Shown here one piece after another: positions 1 to 10,743 of a stretch of 32,024 nucleotides of DNA; the first letter of the stretch is position 1; the number at the start of each line of letters is the position of its first letter. The translations under genes were made by a program, and so were the position numbers. The notes beneath the pieces are model-generated. The model saw nothing but the letters and a program-made list of their open reading frames with translations. It had not been told where the DNA came from and made no database searches. This DNA comes from Chiloscyllium plagiosum (taxonomy: Eukaryota). The stretch lies in contig NC_057718.1 of the NCBI RefSeq assembly GCF_004010195.1, positions 53,137,518 to 53,169,541 on the forward strand, written 5' to 3'.

Positions 1-162
1 TTTTATCTTAGCCTGCTGGACAAACCAGCCTCATTCCTGAAGAAGGGCTTATGCCCGAAACATCAATTCTCCTGCTCCTTGGATGCTGCCTGACCTGCTG
101 CGCTTTTCCAGCAACACATTTTTCAACTCTGATCTCCAGCATCTGCAGTCCTCACTTTCTCC
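1..162 (+). mobile_element. 3' tail (pseudo-LTR) of a Penelope-like element, cut by the window start
   Basis: Closely matches the tail at 17907-18041 of the RT/GIY-YIG element (cctcattcctgaagaagggcttatgcccgaaa...ctccagcatctgcagtcctcacttt). Confidence 0.85.
37..64 (+). ncRNA. Minimal hammerhead-like core, CpG-decayed
   Basis: CTGAAGA-A-GGGC-TTAT-GCCC-GAAA-CATC; the ACGT palindrome has decayed to ACAT. Confidence 0.5.
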
Positions 163-824
163 ACATATTGTAAGTAGTCTATTATCTGGGTAACTGTGAC
201 CATTCTGAATGATTTGCTGAGTCTCAAGTACTGATGGGTTTCAGTGTAGTAAGTGTTCCACACATCTAAGAATGAGTAGCAGTATCAAGAGTTTGTAATA
301 ACAGATCTTCACTTTGATGTGAAAATTGAGTTGTTGAAGCAGATAAATTACAAGAATCACAATGTGTTTTTTTTCATATGTCAGAATACTTTCTTTATGC
401 ATTAATGAAACTGAGTTTTTTTATTGAATGGTGAGAGGTTTAGTTTAACCCAATAATGTATTTTTAATTGATATTGTTGTCTGTAGAGTACTGTACATAA
501 TGCATACAAGGGGAGAGATTATGGAGGAAACTCATGGGAAATAGAGGTGGCATGAAGTCATATAGATGCTCTAAGGTGGAATGAAGGTCACAAGGAAGGT
601 AGGGAGGTGATATGGGCTGGCATGGGCAATCAGAGAATGCATGGGTGGGCAGGGAACTGGATGGGAGTGTGAGGAAGGTGAAGATTCAGGTTTACAAGAG
701 TTTAAATGTTGTTGGGAGCTGTAATACTCTGTAATATCATTCAACTGACCCAATCTATGCTCGCACTCTCACACACTGTACAGTATTGTTTTTTGTGAAA
801 GCACTGTGAATCCAAACCCAGTGT

Positions 825-1052
825 GAAATAGAAACATATAAATAGGAACAGGAGGAGGCCATTTGGCTTTCTGAGCCTGTTCTGCCATCCAACAGGATCA
901 TGGTTGATCATCCAACTCAGTATCCTGCTCCCACTTTCTCCCCATACCATCTGATTCCCTGAGTCCTAAGAACTATATCTAACTCCTTCTTGAAAATAAC
1001 CAATCGTTTGGTCACAACCACTTCCTGTGGCAAAGAATTCCACAGGTTCACC
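825..1052 (-). mobile_element. CR1-type LINE 3' end fragment
   Basis: Minus strand reads VNLWNSLPQEVV (CR1 ORF2 C-terminus) followed by a 3'UTR-like tail. Confidence 0.75.
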
Positions 1053-1157
1053 TGACAAAAAACTGTTGTTTGAAGTCAAACGTGCATTTTGTAAGTTGTA
1101 AGAGTGTTGCGTTTTCCAATATTGGGCATGTCCCAGGACCTGCCATCATTTATTTAT

Positions 1158-1225
1158 GGCAACCAGGATGGGTAATAAATGTTGCCCTTGCAGCAATATT
1201 CACATCCTGAAAATTATTTTTAAAA
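1158..1225 (+). mobile_element. 3' tail fragment of LINE family B
   Basis: ggcaaccaggatgggtaataaatgttgcc...cacatcc resembles the family-B tail at 3470-3522. Confidence 0.5.
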
Positions 1226-1312
1226 TGTTAGATTCTGTGTCAAAGTTGACAATGAAAATTAGTTTAGAGGGATTGAGATGACATTTGAACTTAGCATAAT
1301 AATTTCAGGAGT

Positions 1313-1364
1313 CCAGAGGAACCTCAATTATCTGGCATGCGATTAACTGAATTTTGGATTATCC
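1313..1364 (+). mobile_element. Possible Tigger/pogo-like terminal fragment
   Basis: cagaggaacctcaattatctg with repeated attatc units resembles CAGT-type TIR ends; no partner end found. Confidence 0.3.
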
Positions 1365-3522
1365 ACTGTCTCACAAACTAGTAAAGTAACAGCCTGACTT
1401 AGTCATACTCATGGAATCATACATGACAGACAATGTTCTCTATTATGTTGTGTGGCACTATGACTGTGCTAAATAAGACAGACTTTGAACAGATCGAGCA
1501 AATCAAGTCTGGGCATCCATGAGATGTTGCAGGGCATCAACAGCAGCAAAATTGTTCTCCAACACAACCTCCTATCCCACGGCACAGCATTTCCCCACTC
1601 AACCATTACCATCAAGCCAGGGAGTCAACGCTGGCCCACTGGAAAGTGCAGGAGCAGCACTAGGCATGTCTAAAAATGAGGTTTCAAACTAGTGAAGCTA
1701 ACAAACAGGGCTATTTGAATGCAAAGCAGCACTAGCAGCAAATGATAGACAGAGCTGAGCGATCCCACAACCAACGGATCAGATCTAAGCTCTACATTAC
1801 TGTTATATCCAGTCGTGAATGGTGGACAATCAACAATTCACTGGTGGAGGAGACTCCAAAAATATCCCCGTCCTCAATTATGGAGGAGCCAACACATCAG
1901 TGTAAAATATAAGGCTAAAGTTTTCGCAGCAATCTTCAGCCAGAAGTGCTGAGTGAGTAATCCATCCTGACCTCCTCCAGTGGTGCCCAGCATTACAGAT
2001 TCCAGTCTTCAGCCAATTCAATTCACTCCATCTGATATCAAGAAAATGTTGGAGGTACCAGATACTGCAGAGGCTATGAGCCTTTGACTATATTCTGGCA
2101 ATAGTATTGGAGACTTATACTTTGGAACTTGCTGCTCCCCGCACCAAGTTGTTTCAGGACAGCTGCAACACTAGCATCTATCCAAAAATAATGGAAAATT
2201 GCCCAGGTATATCTTGTACACAAAAAGCAGGACCAATCCAAACCGGCCAATTACTGCCCCATCAGTCTACTCTCGGCTGTCGGTTAAGTGATGGAAGTTG
2301 TCGTCAACAACGTTATCAAGCAACCTGTTTAGAAACAAGTTGTTCAGTGACACCCAATGAGGTTCCAGCCAGAGAAACTCAGCTCCTGACCTTATTACAG
2401 CTTTGGTTCAAATATGGACAAAAGAGCTGAATTCCAGAGGGGTGCTGAAAGTGACAGTCTTCGACATCAAGCCCATAATTGACTGAGTGTGGCATCAAGG
2501 AGTCCAAGTAAATCTGGAATCATTGGGTATTAGGGGAAACTCACTGCTGGTTAGAGTCATACCTGACACAAAGGAAGATGGTTTAGGTTGTTTGCAGATC
2601 AGTCATCTCAGCTCCAGGATACCTCTGCAAAAGTTCCTTAGGGTAGTGTCTTTGGTGCAGCCATCTTCAACTGCTTCAGCAATCAATTTCCCTCCGTCAT
2701 GAAGTCAGAAGTGGGGATGTTCAGCACCGCTTGCGAGTCCTCAGATACTGAAGCAGTCCGTGTTGAAATTCAACAAGATTTGGGTAATATCTTAGACTTG
2801 GGTTGACAAGCGGCAAGTAACTTTCACACCACTCAGGCAATGGCCATCTCCAATAAGAGACAAACTAACCACCCCTCTTGACATTCAGTGGGGTTACCAC
2901 ATTTAATCCCTTACTATCAACATCCTGGGGGTTACCATTGAACAGAAACTCAACTGGACTTGCCACGTAAATACAGTGGAACCCAGAGGCTAGGCATGTT
3001 GTGATAAGTAACTCACCTCCTGACTCCCAAAACCTGTTCACTGTCCACAAGGCACAAGTCGGAGTGTAATTGAATATTCCCCATCTGCCTGGATGAATGC
3101 AGCTTCAACAGTAATCAAGCTAGAAACCATCCCAGACAAAGATTTGATTGGCACCACATCCACGAGTGACAGTCAGTAGCAGCAGTGTGTTATCCACACG
3201 GTGCATTGCAGAAATTTACCAAACATCTGTAGACAGTAATTTCCAAGCTCTTGACCACTTCCATCTGGAAGGACAAGAGCAGCAGATACATAGGATCACC
3301 ACTACCTCAAAGCCCCCTCAAATGCATTCACCATCCTTATATGGAAACATATCATCATTCCTTCATCTTTGCTAGATCAAAATCCTGGAATTCCCGTCCT
3401 AAGGACATTGTAGGTCAACCTATAGCACACAGCTGTTTAAAGTGGCAGCTCACCAAGACCTACACAAGAGCAACGAGGGACTGACAATAAATGCTGGCCA
3501 GCGAGCGATGCCCATGTTCCAT
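1365..3522 (+). mobile_element. Degenerate non-LTR retrotransposon, family B (L2/CR1 group), ORF2 RT to 3' tail
   Basis: Frameshifted RT motifs NYCPISLLS (~2249-2275), VFDIK..D*VWHQG (~2457-2500), VP*GSVFG (~2633-2656); tail with aataaatgctggcc at ~3486. Confidence 0.8.
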
Positions 3523-3686
3523 TAGTGGTGGACAGGTTGCGGGGAGTCAGGAGGTGAGTTACTTGCAACAGTATTCCTAGCTTCTGACTTTCTCTTGGAG
3601 CCATTGCATTTACATGGCAAGCCCAGTTGAATTTCTTTTCAATGGTGGCCCCTGGAACGATGATAGTAGGGGATTCAGTGATGGTG
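3523..3686 (-). mobile_element. Inverted fragment of LINE family B
   Basis: Reverse complement aligns to 2895-3045 (taactcacctcctgactccc shared). Confidence 0.75.
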
Positions 3687-5204
3687 AAAAAAACCCAAAA
3701 ACTCCAAAAAAAAAACTCTGGTCTGGCCCTGAGCTGGAAATTAAGATAGAGCAGATCAGTATTGAGCCGAAAAGGAAATAAAGTTGAAATTGAATGTAGT
3801 ATGTTTTTGTTGGTTTCTGTTAGTACATGAAATACTGCAGCAAGATTTTCTTTTAAAAGTTGGTTGAATTCATTATGGTGAAATGGGACCTGCTTTCAGG
3901 AGTAACTGACACCATTGAACCCAAGAAAATGCTTACAGCAGACCAGAAATACGAAACAATTTTAAATATAATGTCAACATCAAAATCGATACAATTACTT
4001 GACTCACAAGGTGAAAGTCCTGAGATAAGCTTGTTGTAAGAATTTCATTCAAGTATTTTTTAACAGATTGTAATGTGTGAAAAATTCAATTTTACATAAC
4101 TTAATGTGAACCTTACGCAAACATTTGCCATTACCTCAATCTTTGCTGGGATGTAATTTATTTATTTGTATTTGCTGCAAGATTAAATCCGGATTCACAG
4201 ATCATTTTTGCTCTGCCCTTGTCAATTAGTTGCAATGGAATTAAGAAATATGTAAATCATATGCTAATTTTAAAAACTGCTATTTGGCTTATCAATGGGA
4301 AAAAAATTATAATATGACATGCAAAGTGGAAACTAATTTTGTCTCCTAAGTGGAATAAAAACTCAGCAGTATAAGAAAATATGAATTGTAAAGGTCATTT
4401 CTTCAAAACATATAACATTTGCTTCAACCTTTGAAAAGCATTTTCAGAACATTTTCATTTTCAGAATCAAGAACAAGTGATGATCTAATTTTAAGATAAG
4501 CTCAGTAGTTCTGCAATTTATCAATGTAAAGTTCTGATGCTTCACTATCTTTTTCATTGGATGGCTGAACTATTAATATCTAGATGTGTGAACTATCCAT
4601 CTACTGTTGTTCAAGTAGAGGAAATAGATGATCATAACCAGGTTGCATTGGATTCTGAAAACACTTAAAAATGGCAGCTTTGACAGAACCAAACACAATG
4701 CCAGACAATATCTGGAACACTTACATTCACTAAGTATTACAGGGAAAGTCATTACCCAGACTAATTTCATATATTTTTGTTTGTATTGCTTAGGTTAATT
4801 CATTACAATGCTGTATGGACTTTAGCAGAAGTAGCAATTAGGAATCCTATTCACCGTCATTCATGAATTGAACAGCAGTCAGTTCAAATTTTATCCTTCT
4901 GATCATAATTAAATCTGTATTTGTATTTTTATCGCCAAGACAAATGACTAAGGGAAGCAACTGAAAAGAATACCCGAACAGCATGTGGAGTTTTCACAAG
5001 TTTTCAAACAAAAACAAATATTTATTATTTCTCTAGGGATAAAGCACTAGTTTCAGGAATTGATAGTCTGCAAAAAGGACAAGTTTGCTCTTATCTTCAG
5101 AATGGTTACAATTCTGGGAGAACATTGTTGCCTTAATGAGAATATCAAGAAAGGGAACTAACCTAATAAATCATAACTGAATACCTGAGCTGTTGGAAAG
5201 CATT

Positions 5205-5330
5205 AAAGATCACAGGACCTGAAATGTTAACTCTGACTTTTTTATAGATGCTGCCAGACCTGCTGAGTTTTTCCAGCAACTTCAACTTTTGTTCCTGATT
5301 TTCAGCATCTGCAATTCTTTTGGTTTTTAC
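5205..5330 (+). mobile_element. PLE-type tail, second subfamily, 5'-truncated
   Basis: gacctgaaatgttaactctg...gatgctgccagacctgctgagtttttccagc...cagcatctgca, homologous to the tail at 57-150. Confidence 0.7.
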
Positions 5331-5649
5331 TAAAAATAACATGATGATTTACTATAGGAAAAACATGACTTTGGAAGTCTTTCCATCTTGAACATTCCAA
5401 TTTTTTTTTAAACAAATGTCTGAACTGGATCATGATAAAATGTTTCATATTAACTATGCTCTTGGGCAAAGGCATACTATTGGATGGGAAAAATAAGTGA
5501 TGAATATGTGAGCTACCTTATTCTGAGAGTAGACCTGACAAATGTAATGCACTTTAAGAAGTTCCTCATGGTGATAATAATAACAGCACTTACCTTTAGC
5601 TGACTTCTTCGATTTATCAACAATCAAAATGGTAGGAGTGAATATGACA

Positions 5650-6770
5650 TAGTTCAACTGGCCTTGATTTCAAATGTCCACACCATAGGACCCTGCTTTC
5701 ATATTAAGGAATTGATTGCCTGAAGAAGGTGGGCACTTTGACCCCATGAGCATAGCCTCCTTTCAAAATGTTTCAGCAGCATCAACAGGGCATGTGGTTA
5801 GCTACCTCATTTTTCAACTACTGCCTTCTCAAAAATTGTTGTTTATGGCAAGGAAATCTACCTTTCTGTGTTTTTGATTGGTTTGTTACAGACAATACTG
5901 CATTTGAAAGAAATTCTATTTTCTTGTCTCTTATTATTCCTTTGGAGCAATCTATGAATTATCTCACTATGATAGAACACCTTTCGAGCACATCAGAGTT
6001 GACAGTGATTCTTTCTTTCTCCAGAGCTTTCAAGCCAGGATACATCAGGAGGATTTCTTAAAAGTGAAACCTGGCAGCTGATTCCATCTCTGGAAGCATT
6101 TGTAACTGCTTGTGTACACTGTTATTCGGTCTCTCCCATGCACTCAATTGCCCAGAGCCACCCACTGGGAGATTTGGGTGGACACATCATGTGGATGAGC
6201 AATTGACGTATGGTGGGAAGAGAGCTAAGGGATTCAGGTCTGAAAATGAAGGATGATGTTGTTGAGTGGAGTTGTCGAACCTGTTAACCCCTGGTGGCAG
6301 AGCAATCTGATGATAATCTTTTGGGTGCTGCCATGAGGAAAGGAAACTCACAGTGAATTGGACAGATATGAAAGCATTGTGATGTAGTCTGGCTAGAAAC
6401 CCAATGAGCAAAATGTAATGACTGTCATCTCTGATACACTGGAGCAGTGTCTATCTGAGTTAGTTTGTAGATTTATTTTAAGGAAGATTAAGAGATTGAG
6501 AAATAAAGACATGAAAAACAATACAATATCAGTTGTCACAAACCAAACAAAGACTCAAACATATAGAGTTACATTGCTTTCAGCAGCTTTTCTAAGGATG
6601 ATAACTGTTTTGAAATAAGGTGAGTAGACTTCCTGCTTTGGCAATACTGATAAAGCATTTTTGCTAGGGCTCTATCATTAGGTTTTTAAACAGCCCATCA
6701 ACTTCAGGCAATCAGCTTTGTTTAACATGGAGGTCAGTGTCATATGGCATAAGCAGGACTCCAGTTGACA
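5650..6770. repeat. ~1.1-kb degenerate inverted repeat (foldback)
   Basis: Colinear reverse-complement matches 5711-5735/6693-6717, 5867-5904/6520-6557, 5992-6047/6380-6435, weaker 6144-6170/6288-6310. Confidence 0.75.
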
Positions 6771-7171
6771 CTTCAGGTCGGAACTGAAGATGAACCCAAG
6801 TGGTACATCCCACAGTCCTGCAGGATGCTAACATTGGTGTACTAACATTCCAGGGAAATCTGCTGGCGGGGACAATTATAGGCCTTCTCTTTTCCTGACT
6901 GAATAGGCATAATTGATCAGTTTCCTGAGGGGGATATCTAAAACAAGCAGCAGCATTTTAAAATTAGACTAGACTTTTCATCAGTGAAATCAGGAAAACC
7001 TTTTTTTCCACAGAAAGGGTTGCAGAAATATCTAGACTTTTTCCCAAAGGTCTGTACAGTTTAGGTCATTTTGACTTTTCAAGGCTGTAACTGACAATCT
7101 TTTATTGGAGAGGGATTAAAGGCAGAATAAAGAAAATTAGAATTAAGCAGCATTCATGAAACACAATTCAA

Positions 7172-7295
7172 AGAACAGAACAGAATCCCGACAGTGTGGA
7201 AACAAGCCATTCAGCCCAATATGTCCACATTGACCTTCCAAACAGAAACCCACCCAAAGACATTCCCCTACCCTGTTACTCTACATTTATCCCTG
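7172..7295 (-). mobile_element. HE1-type SINE, 3' portion only
   Basis: Aligns to 7635-7749 and has an (agaac)n tail; breaks off at atttatccctg. Confidence 0.8.
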
Positions 7296-7306
7296 GGCTC
7301 ACAGAT

Positions 7307-7379
7307 GGAAATGTGTTGCTGGAAAAGCGCAGCAGGTCAGGCAGCATCTAGGGAACAGGAGAATCGACGTTTCGGGCAT
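7307..7379 (-). mobile_element. PLE tail fragment
   Basis: Reverse complement atgcccgaaacgtcgattctcctg...cagcaacacattt matches 51-121. Confidence 0.85.
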
Positions 7380-7634
7380 TACACTCAGTCTATCGCTGCA
7401 CTGAGGCTCATGCTCTACAACTCTCACCCATTGCATGGAACATCTTTCTTCAATTGCTGTCACCCATAGCATCACTTGACACCATTAACCCTGGATGTCA
7501 CTGCCTACTCACTCACTCAGGACAGCTCATCACCTTTCGCCCACCTGCACCAACACTAACAGTTGTGCCACCCTCTCACATCTCACTCAATGTCTCCCTT
7601 TTTGCTCAGTCAGTGTCATGATGGCTCAGTATCA

Positions 7635-7979
7635 TCAAATCCCTACAGAATGGAAACAGGCCATTTGGCCCAACAAGTCCACACCAACCCTCTGAAGAGT
7701 ATCCCAACCAGACCTGAACTCCTATCATATTACTTTATATTTACCCCTGACTAATGCCCCTAATCTACACATCACTGAACATTATAGGCAAATTAGCATA
7801 GCCAATTCACCTAACCTGCACATCTTTGGACTGTGGGAGGAAACCAGAGCAACCGGAGGAAACCCACGCAGACACGGGGAAAATGTGCAAACTCCACACA
7901 GACAGCTGCCCAAGGCTGGAATCGAACCCAGGTCCCTTGATCTGTGAGGCAGCAATGCTAACCACTGAGCCACCATGCC
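7635..7979 (-). mobile_element. Full-length HE1-type tRNA-derived V-SINE
   Basis: Pol III A box TGGCTCAGTGG (7972-7962), B box GGTTCGATTCC (7928-7918), V-domain core gtgtggagtttgcacatt..ccccgtgtctgcgtgggtttcctccgg, LINE-like tail. Confidence 0.9.
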
Positions 7980-8019
7980 AATTGCTAAGTTATGACCAAT
8001 TGCATTAATACAGAACCTA

Positions 8020-9185
8020 ATCATCTCCTCTTAACGTACAACAACATTACCAGCAATGAGTTCCCCACCATCAATATTCTGGAGTAACATTGATCAGAAA
8101 CTTAGCTAGATAGGATATATAAAAATTGTGGCTGCAAAAGCAGGTCAGAGATGAGAGCTCCAGTTCATCTCATAAGTTCTATGAGTCACAAATCACCAGT
8201 GTATTGGAATAATTGCTACTTACCTGTATGCGTATTGTGTACATCTCTGGTCGCCCTGATACAGGAAGGATATTATTAAATTAGAGACGGTGTAGAAAAG
8301 ATTTACCAGGATGTTGCTGGGAATGGAGGGCTTGAGTTATAAGGAGAGACTGATAGGCTGGGACTTTTTTCAATCGAACAAATGAGGTTGCGGAGTTGCC
8401 TTATTGAGGTTTATAAAATCATGAGGGGCAGAAATAAGGTGAAAGCAAAATTCTTTTCCCTGGGTGGGGGGAAGCAGTCAAGCTGCAGGCATATTTTTAA
8501 GGTGAGAGGAGAAAGCTTTAAAGGGGACCTGAGGGGCAACGTTTTCACGCAGAGGGTGGTTTGTAGGGGGAATGATGTGCAAAAGGAAGTGATAGATACA
8601 GATACAGTTACAACATTTCAAAGACATTTGGATAGGTACATGAATAGGAAAGATTTAGAGGGATGTAGACCAAGTGCAGGCAAAAGGGACAAGTTCAGTT
8701 TGGGAAACTTGATCAGCATGGACAAGTTGCACTGAAGGGTATGATGCCATGGATCTATGAGTGTAGCACCAACAACACTCAGAAGGTTCAATGATTTCTG
8801 GGACAAGCTGTTAATTGATTGACACCCAATCCACCATCTCGAATTGTCAATTCCTCCACCCACCATCGGTGTAGAATGGAAACTGTGTGTACTTTGCAGC
8901 AAGGTTCTTTCAACAGTATGCCCCTGACCTTCATTATTTAGAAGTTGAAAGGCTGCTGAAGCATGGAAACACCAGCACTTGTATGTTCCCCTCCAAGTGA
9001 CCCCTATCCTGATTTGGAGCCTCTTGCTGTGTCTTCCTTGCTGCTACATTTAGTCCTGGTACTCCCTATTGTACGGAAGTACATGAAATTGAGCTGTTCA
9101 AGAAACTGGCCAAGTTTCTCAAGGGCAGTTAAGGAAGAGAGGTAGATGATGGAGTTGTCAGGGATGAACAGATCCCATAATCAAA
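8020..9185 (+). mobile_element. Old LINE family B 3' fragment, split by a CR1 insertion
   Basis: 8020-8230 aligns to ~2870-3095; 8759-9185 continues to the family-B tail. Confidence 0.6.
8232..8758 (+). mobile_element. CR1/HER1-type LINE 3' fragment
   Basis: ORF 8382-8735 (LIEVYKIMRG...FKGDLRGNVFTQRVV...FQRHLDRYMNRK) is the CR1 ORF2 C-terminus. Confidence 0.9.
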
Positions 9186-9780
9186 CTTCTAATAATATAC
9201 ATCACCCATGTTCCAACTGAATAGGCTCAAAGGGCTCTATAACTTACTCCTTTTCATATTGTCTCGTGAGAGATACAGGTAATCAACCAACTCAATGCAG
9301 AGACATTGAATTAAGAATTGGAGAGAGCAATTGCAAAACTCCAACTACATTGCAACATATTGATGTCAGCATCTTAAAGGCATGAGAGAGTATTCACATG
9401 AATACTCCTCAAGGATATAAACATTTTTCCAAATTCATGCACTCCATATATCCAATAATTGATAACAAACAGAATCCTGTTTCCAATACCAATGGTCAAG
9501 TTGAAGTGTGTGCCTCAGAGGCTTTTGGACAACAGATGAGAATCTGGAATGTGGGCAGAACAGAGCGACACATTTAAGAGAGAGTGACAGCAACACATGA
9601 AGATGAAAGGAATGGAAAGTTATCTCAACAGAGTGTGATAACATAACATAAGTATACATTGTCACAGATGTGTTGGACCAAATATTTTCTTTCCATGTGA
9701 ATCTGTTGAGGCAAGAGATCATTATAGCAGCTCTCCATAAAGTCTCATTTCTCAGGGTAAAGTTGGCAAACAGACCAGAT

Positions 9781-9971
9781 GAGCACAGCAGTTCAGGCAG
9801 CATCCAAGGAGCTTCGAAATCGACATTTCGGGCAAAAGCGATTCCTGATGAAGGGCTTTTGCCCGAAACGTTGATTTCGAAGTTCCTTGGATGCTGCTTG
9901 AACTGCTGTGCTCTTCCAGCACCACTAATCCAGAATCTGGTTTCCAGCATCTGCAGTCATTGTTTTTACCT
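9781..9971 (+). mobile_element. Short head-to-head palindromic PLE-tail element with 16-bp TSD
   Basis: Arms 9781-9839 and 9855-9913 are inverted; aacagaccagatgagc occurs at 9769-9784 and 9972-9987. Confidence 0.85.
9845..9872 (+). ncRNA. Minimal hammerhead-like core, best-preserved copy
   Basis: CTGATGA-A-GGGC-TTTT-GCCC-GAA-ACGT-T: both conserved boxes, 4-bp helix II, palindromic helix III, GUU triplet. Confidence 0.6.
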
Positions 9972-10021
9972 AACAGACCAGATGAGCCTGCTCATTCCCA
10001 ACTCAAGACACTCAAGAACAT

Positions 10022-10743
10022 AGGGCTGAATTTTTGCACCTTGCCAAGATCAGGGATAGGGCAGGATGGGACCTGAAAATTACATGGATGGTATGCTTAC
10101 AGGATTTCCAACCTTTTTTCTGAAGTTAATTTTGTTTTTGAACAGGGGTTATGAACTCAAAAAGGTCAATCAACCTCAAAAGGTATGTAGACAATTAAGT
10201 TCATTAATGGTAAGTAATGGAGCCAAATGGGAATTTACAATTGACCTCGAGTTCTCTAGTGTAAACAAACTGCCTGGTGGCTGGAACTCAAGGGCAGGCC
10301 TACGTTGCAATATTTTCAGGCAGGTCTACAGGTCTTCCCTGCTGGCTCAGTAGGGGTGTGACCAAAGGTCACACATATGAATGTTTCCAAGCCATCTTCC
10401 ATCTCTCACGATGACTTTTGTTTTCTGGCTGCTCAATATTATTATCTTTTTAATAAGCTGTTGTGAAGCCACCTTACTGTAAACATGTCATCTCGGTTAT
10501 TTACCTTGTACGGCAGCTGGGTACTCCTCTGAAGCTGGTAGGCCTCTGACTGGCTCTCTAGTTTCAAAGGTCTGCTCTACCAGCCTTAGCTGGGCAGGGA
10601 ACCAGTCCCCATCCTAATTAACAGGATGTCCTGTTCAATATCCCAATGAATTGCTTTACCCCTCCCCTCTCCCTCAAGGGCTCATTCAGGACCTGGAAAC
10701 AGACCCAGTTATTGTCTCCAATCCCCAGAAAGAAATCCCTTAA
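10022..10743. mobile_element. Possible old non-autonomous DNA transposon (Harbinger-like ends)
   Basis: Begins agggctgaatttt and ends agaaagaaatcccttaa; the ends are only loosely inverted. Confidence 0.3.

Noticed and set aside
490..700. G-rich tract (and C-rich 27880-28040) as a functional G-quadruplex or coding region
   Set aside because: Loose low-complexity sequence, probably old repeat interior; no family or regular G-run pattern could be supported.
5588..5650. Minus-strand perfect donor aag|gtaagt with a short open frame
   Set aside because: No convincing upstream acceptor, and it abuts the foldback; such motifs are expected by chance in 32 kb.
7905..7979. tRNA gene
   Set aside because: The A/B boxes belong to the tRNA-derived head of a SINE that continues into a V-domain and LINE-like tail.
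9388..9407. Hairpin gagtattca-ca-tgaatactc
   Set aside because: A 9-bp inverted repeat is near chance expectation for a window this size.
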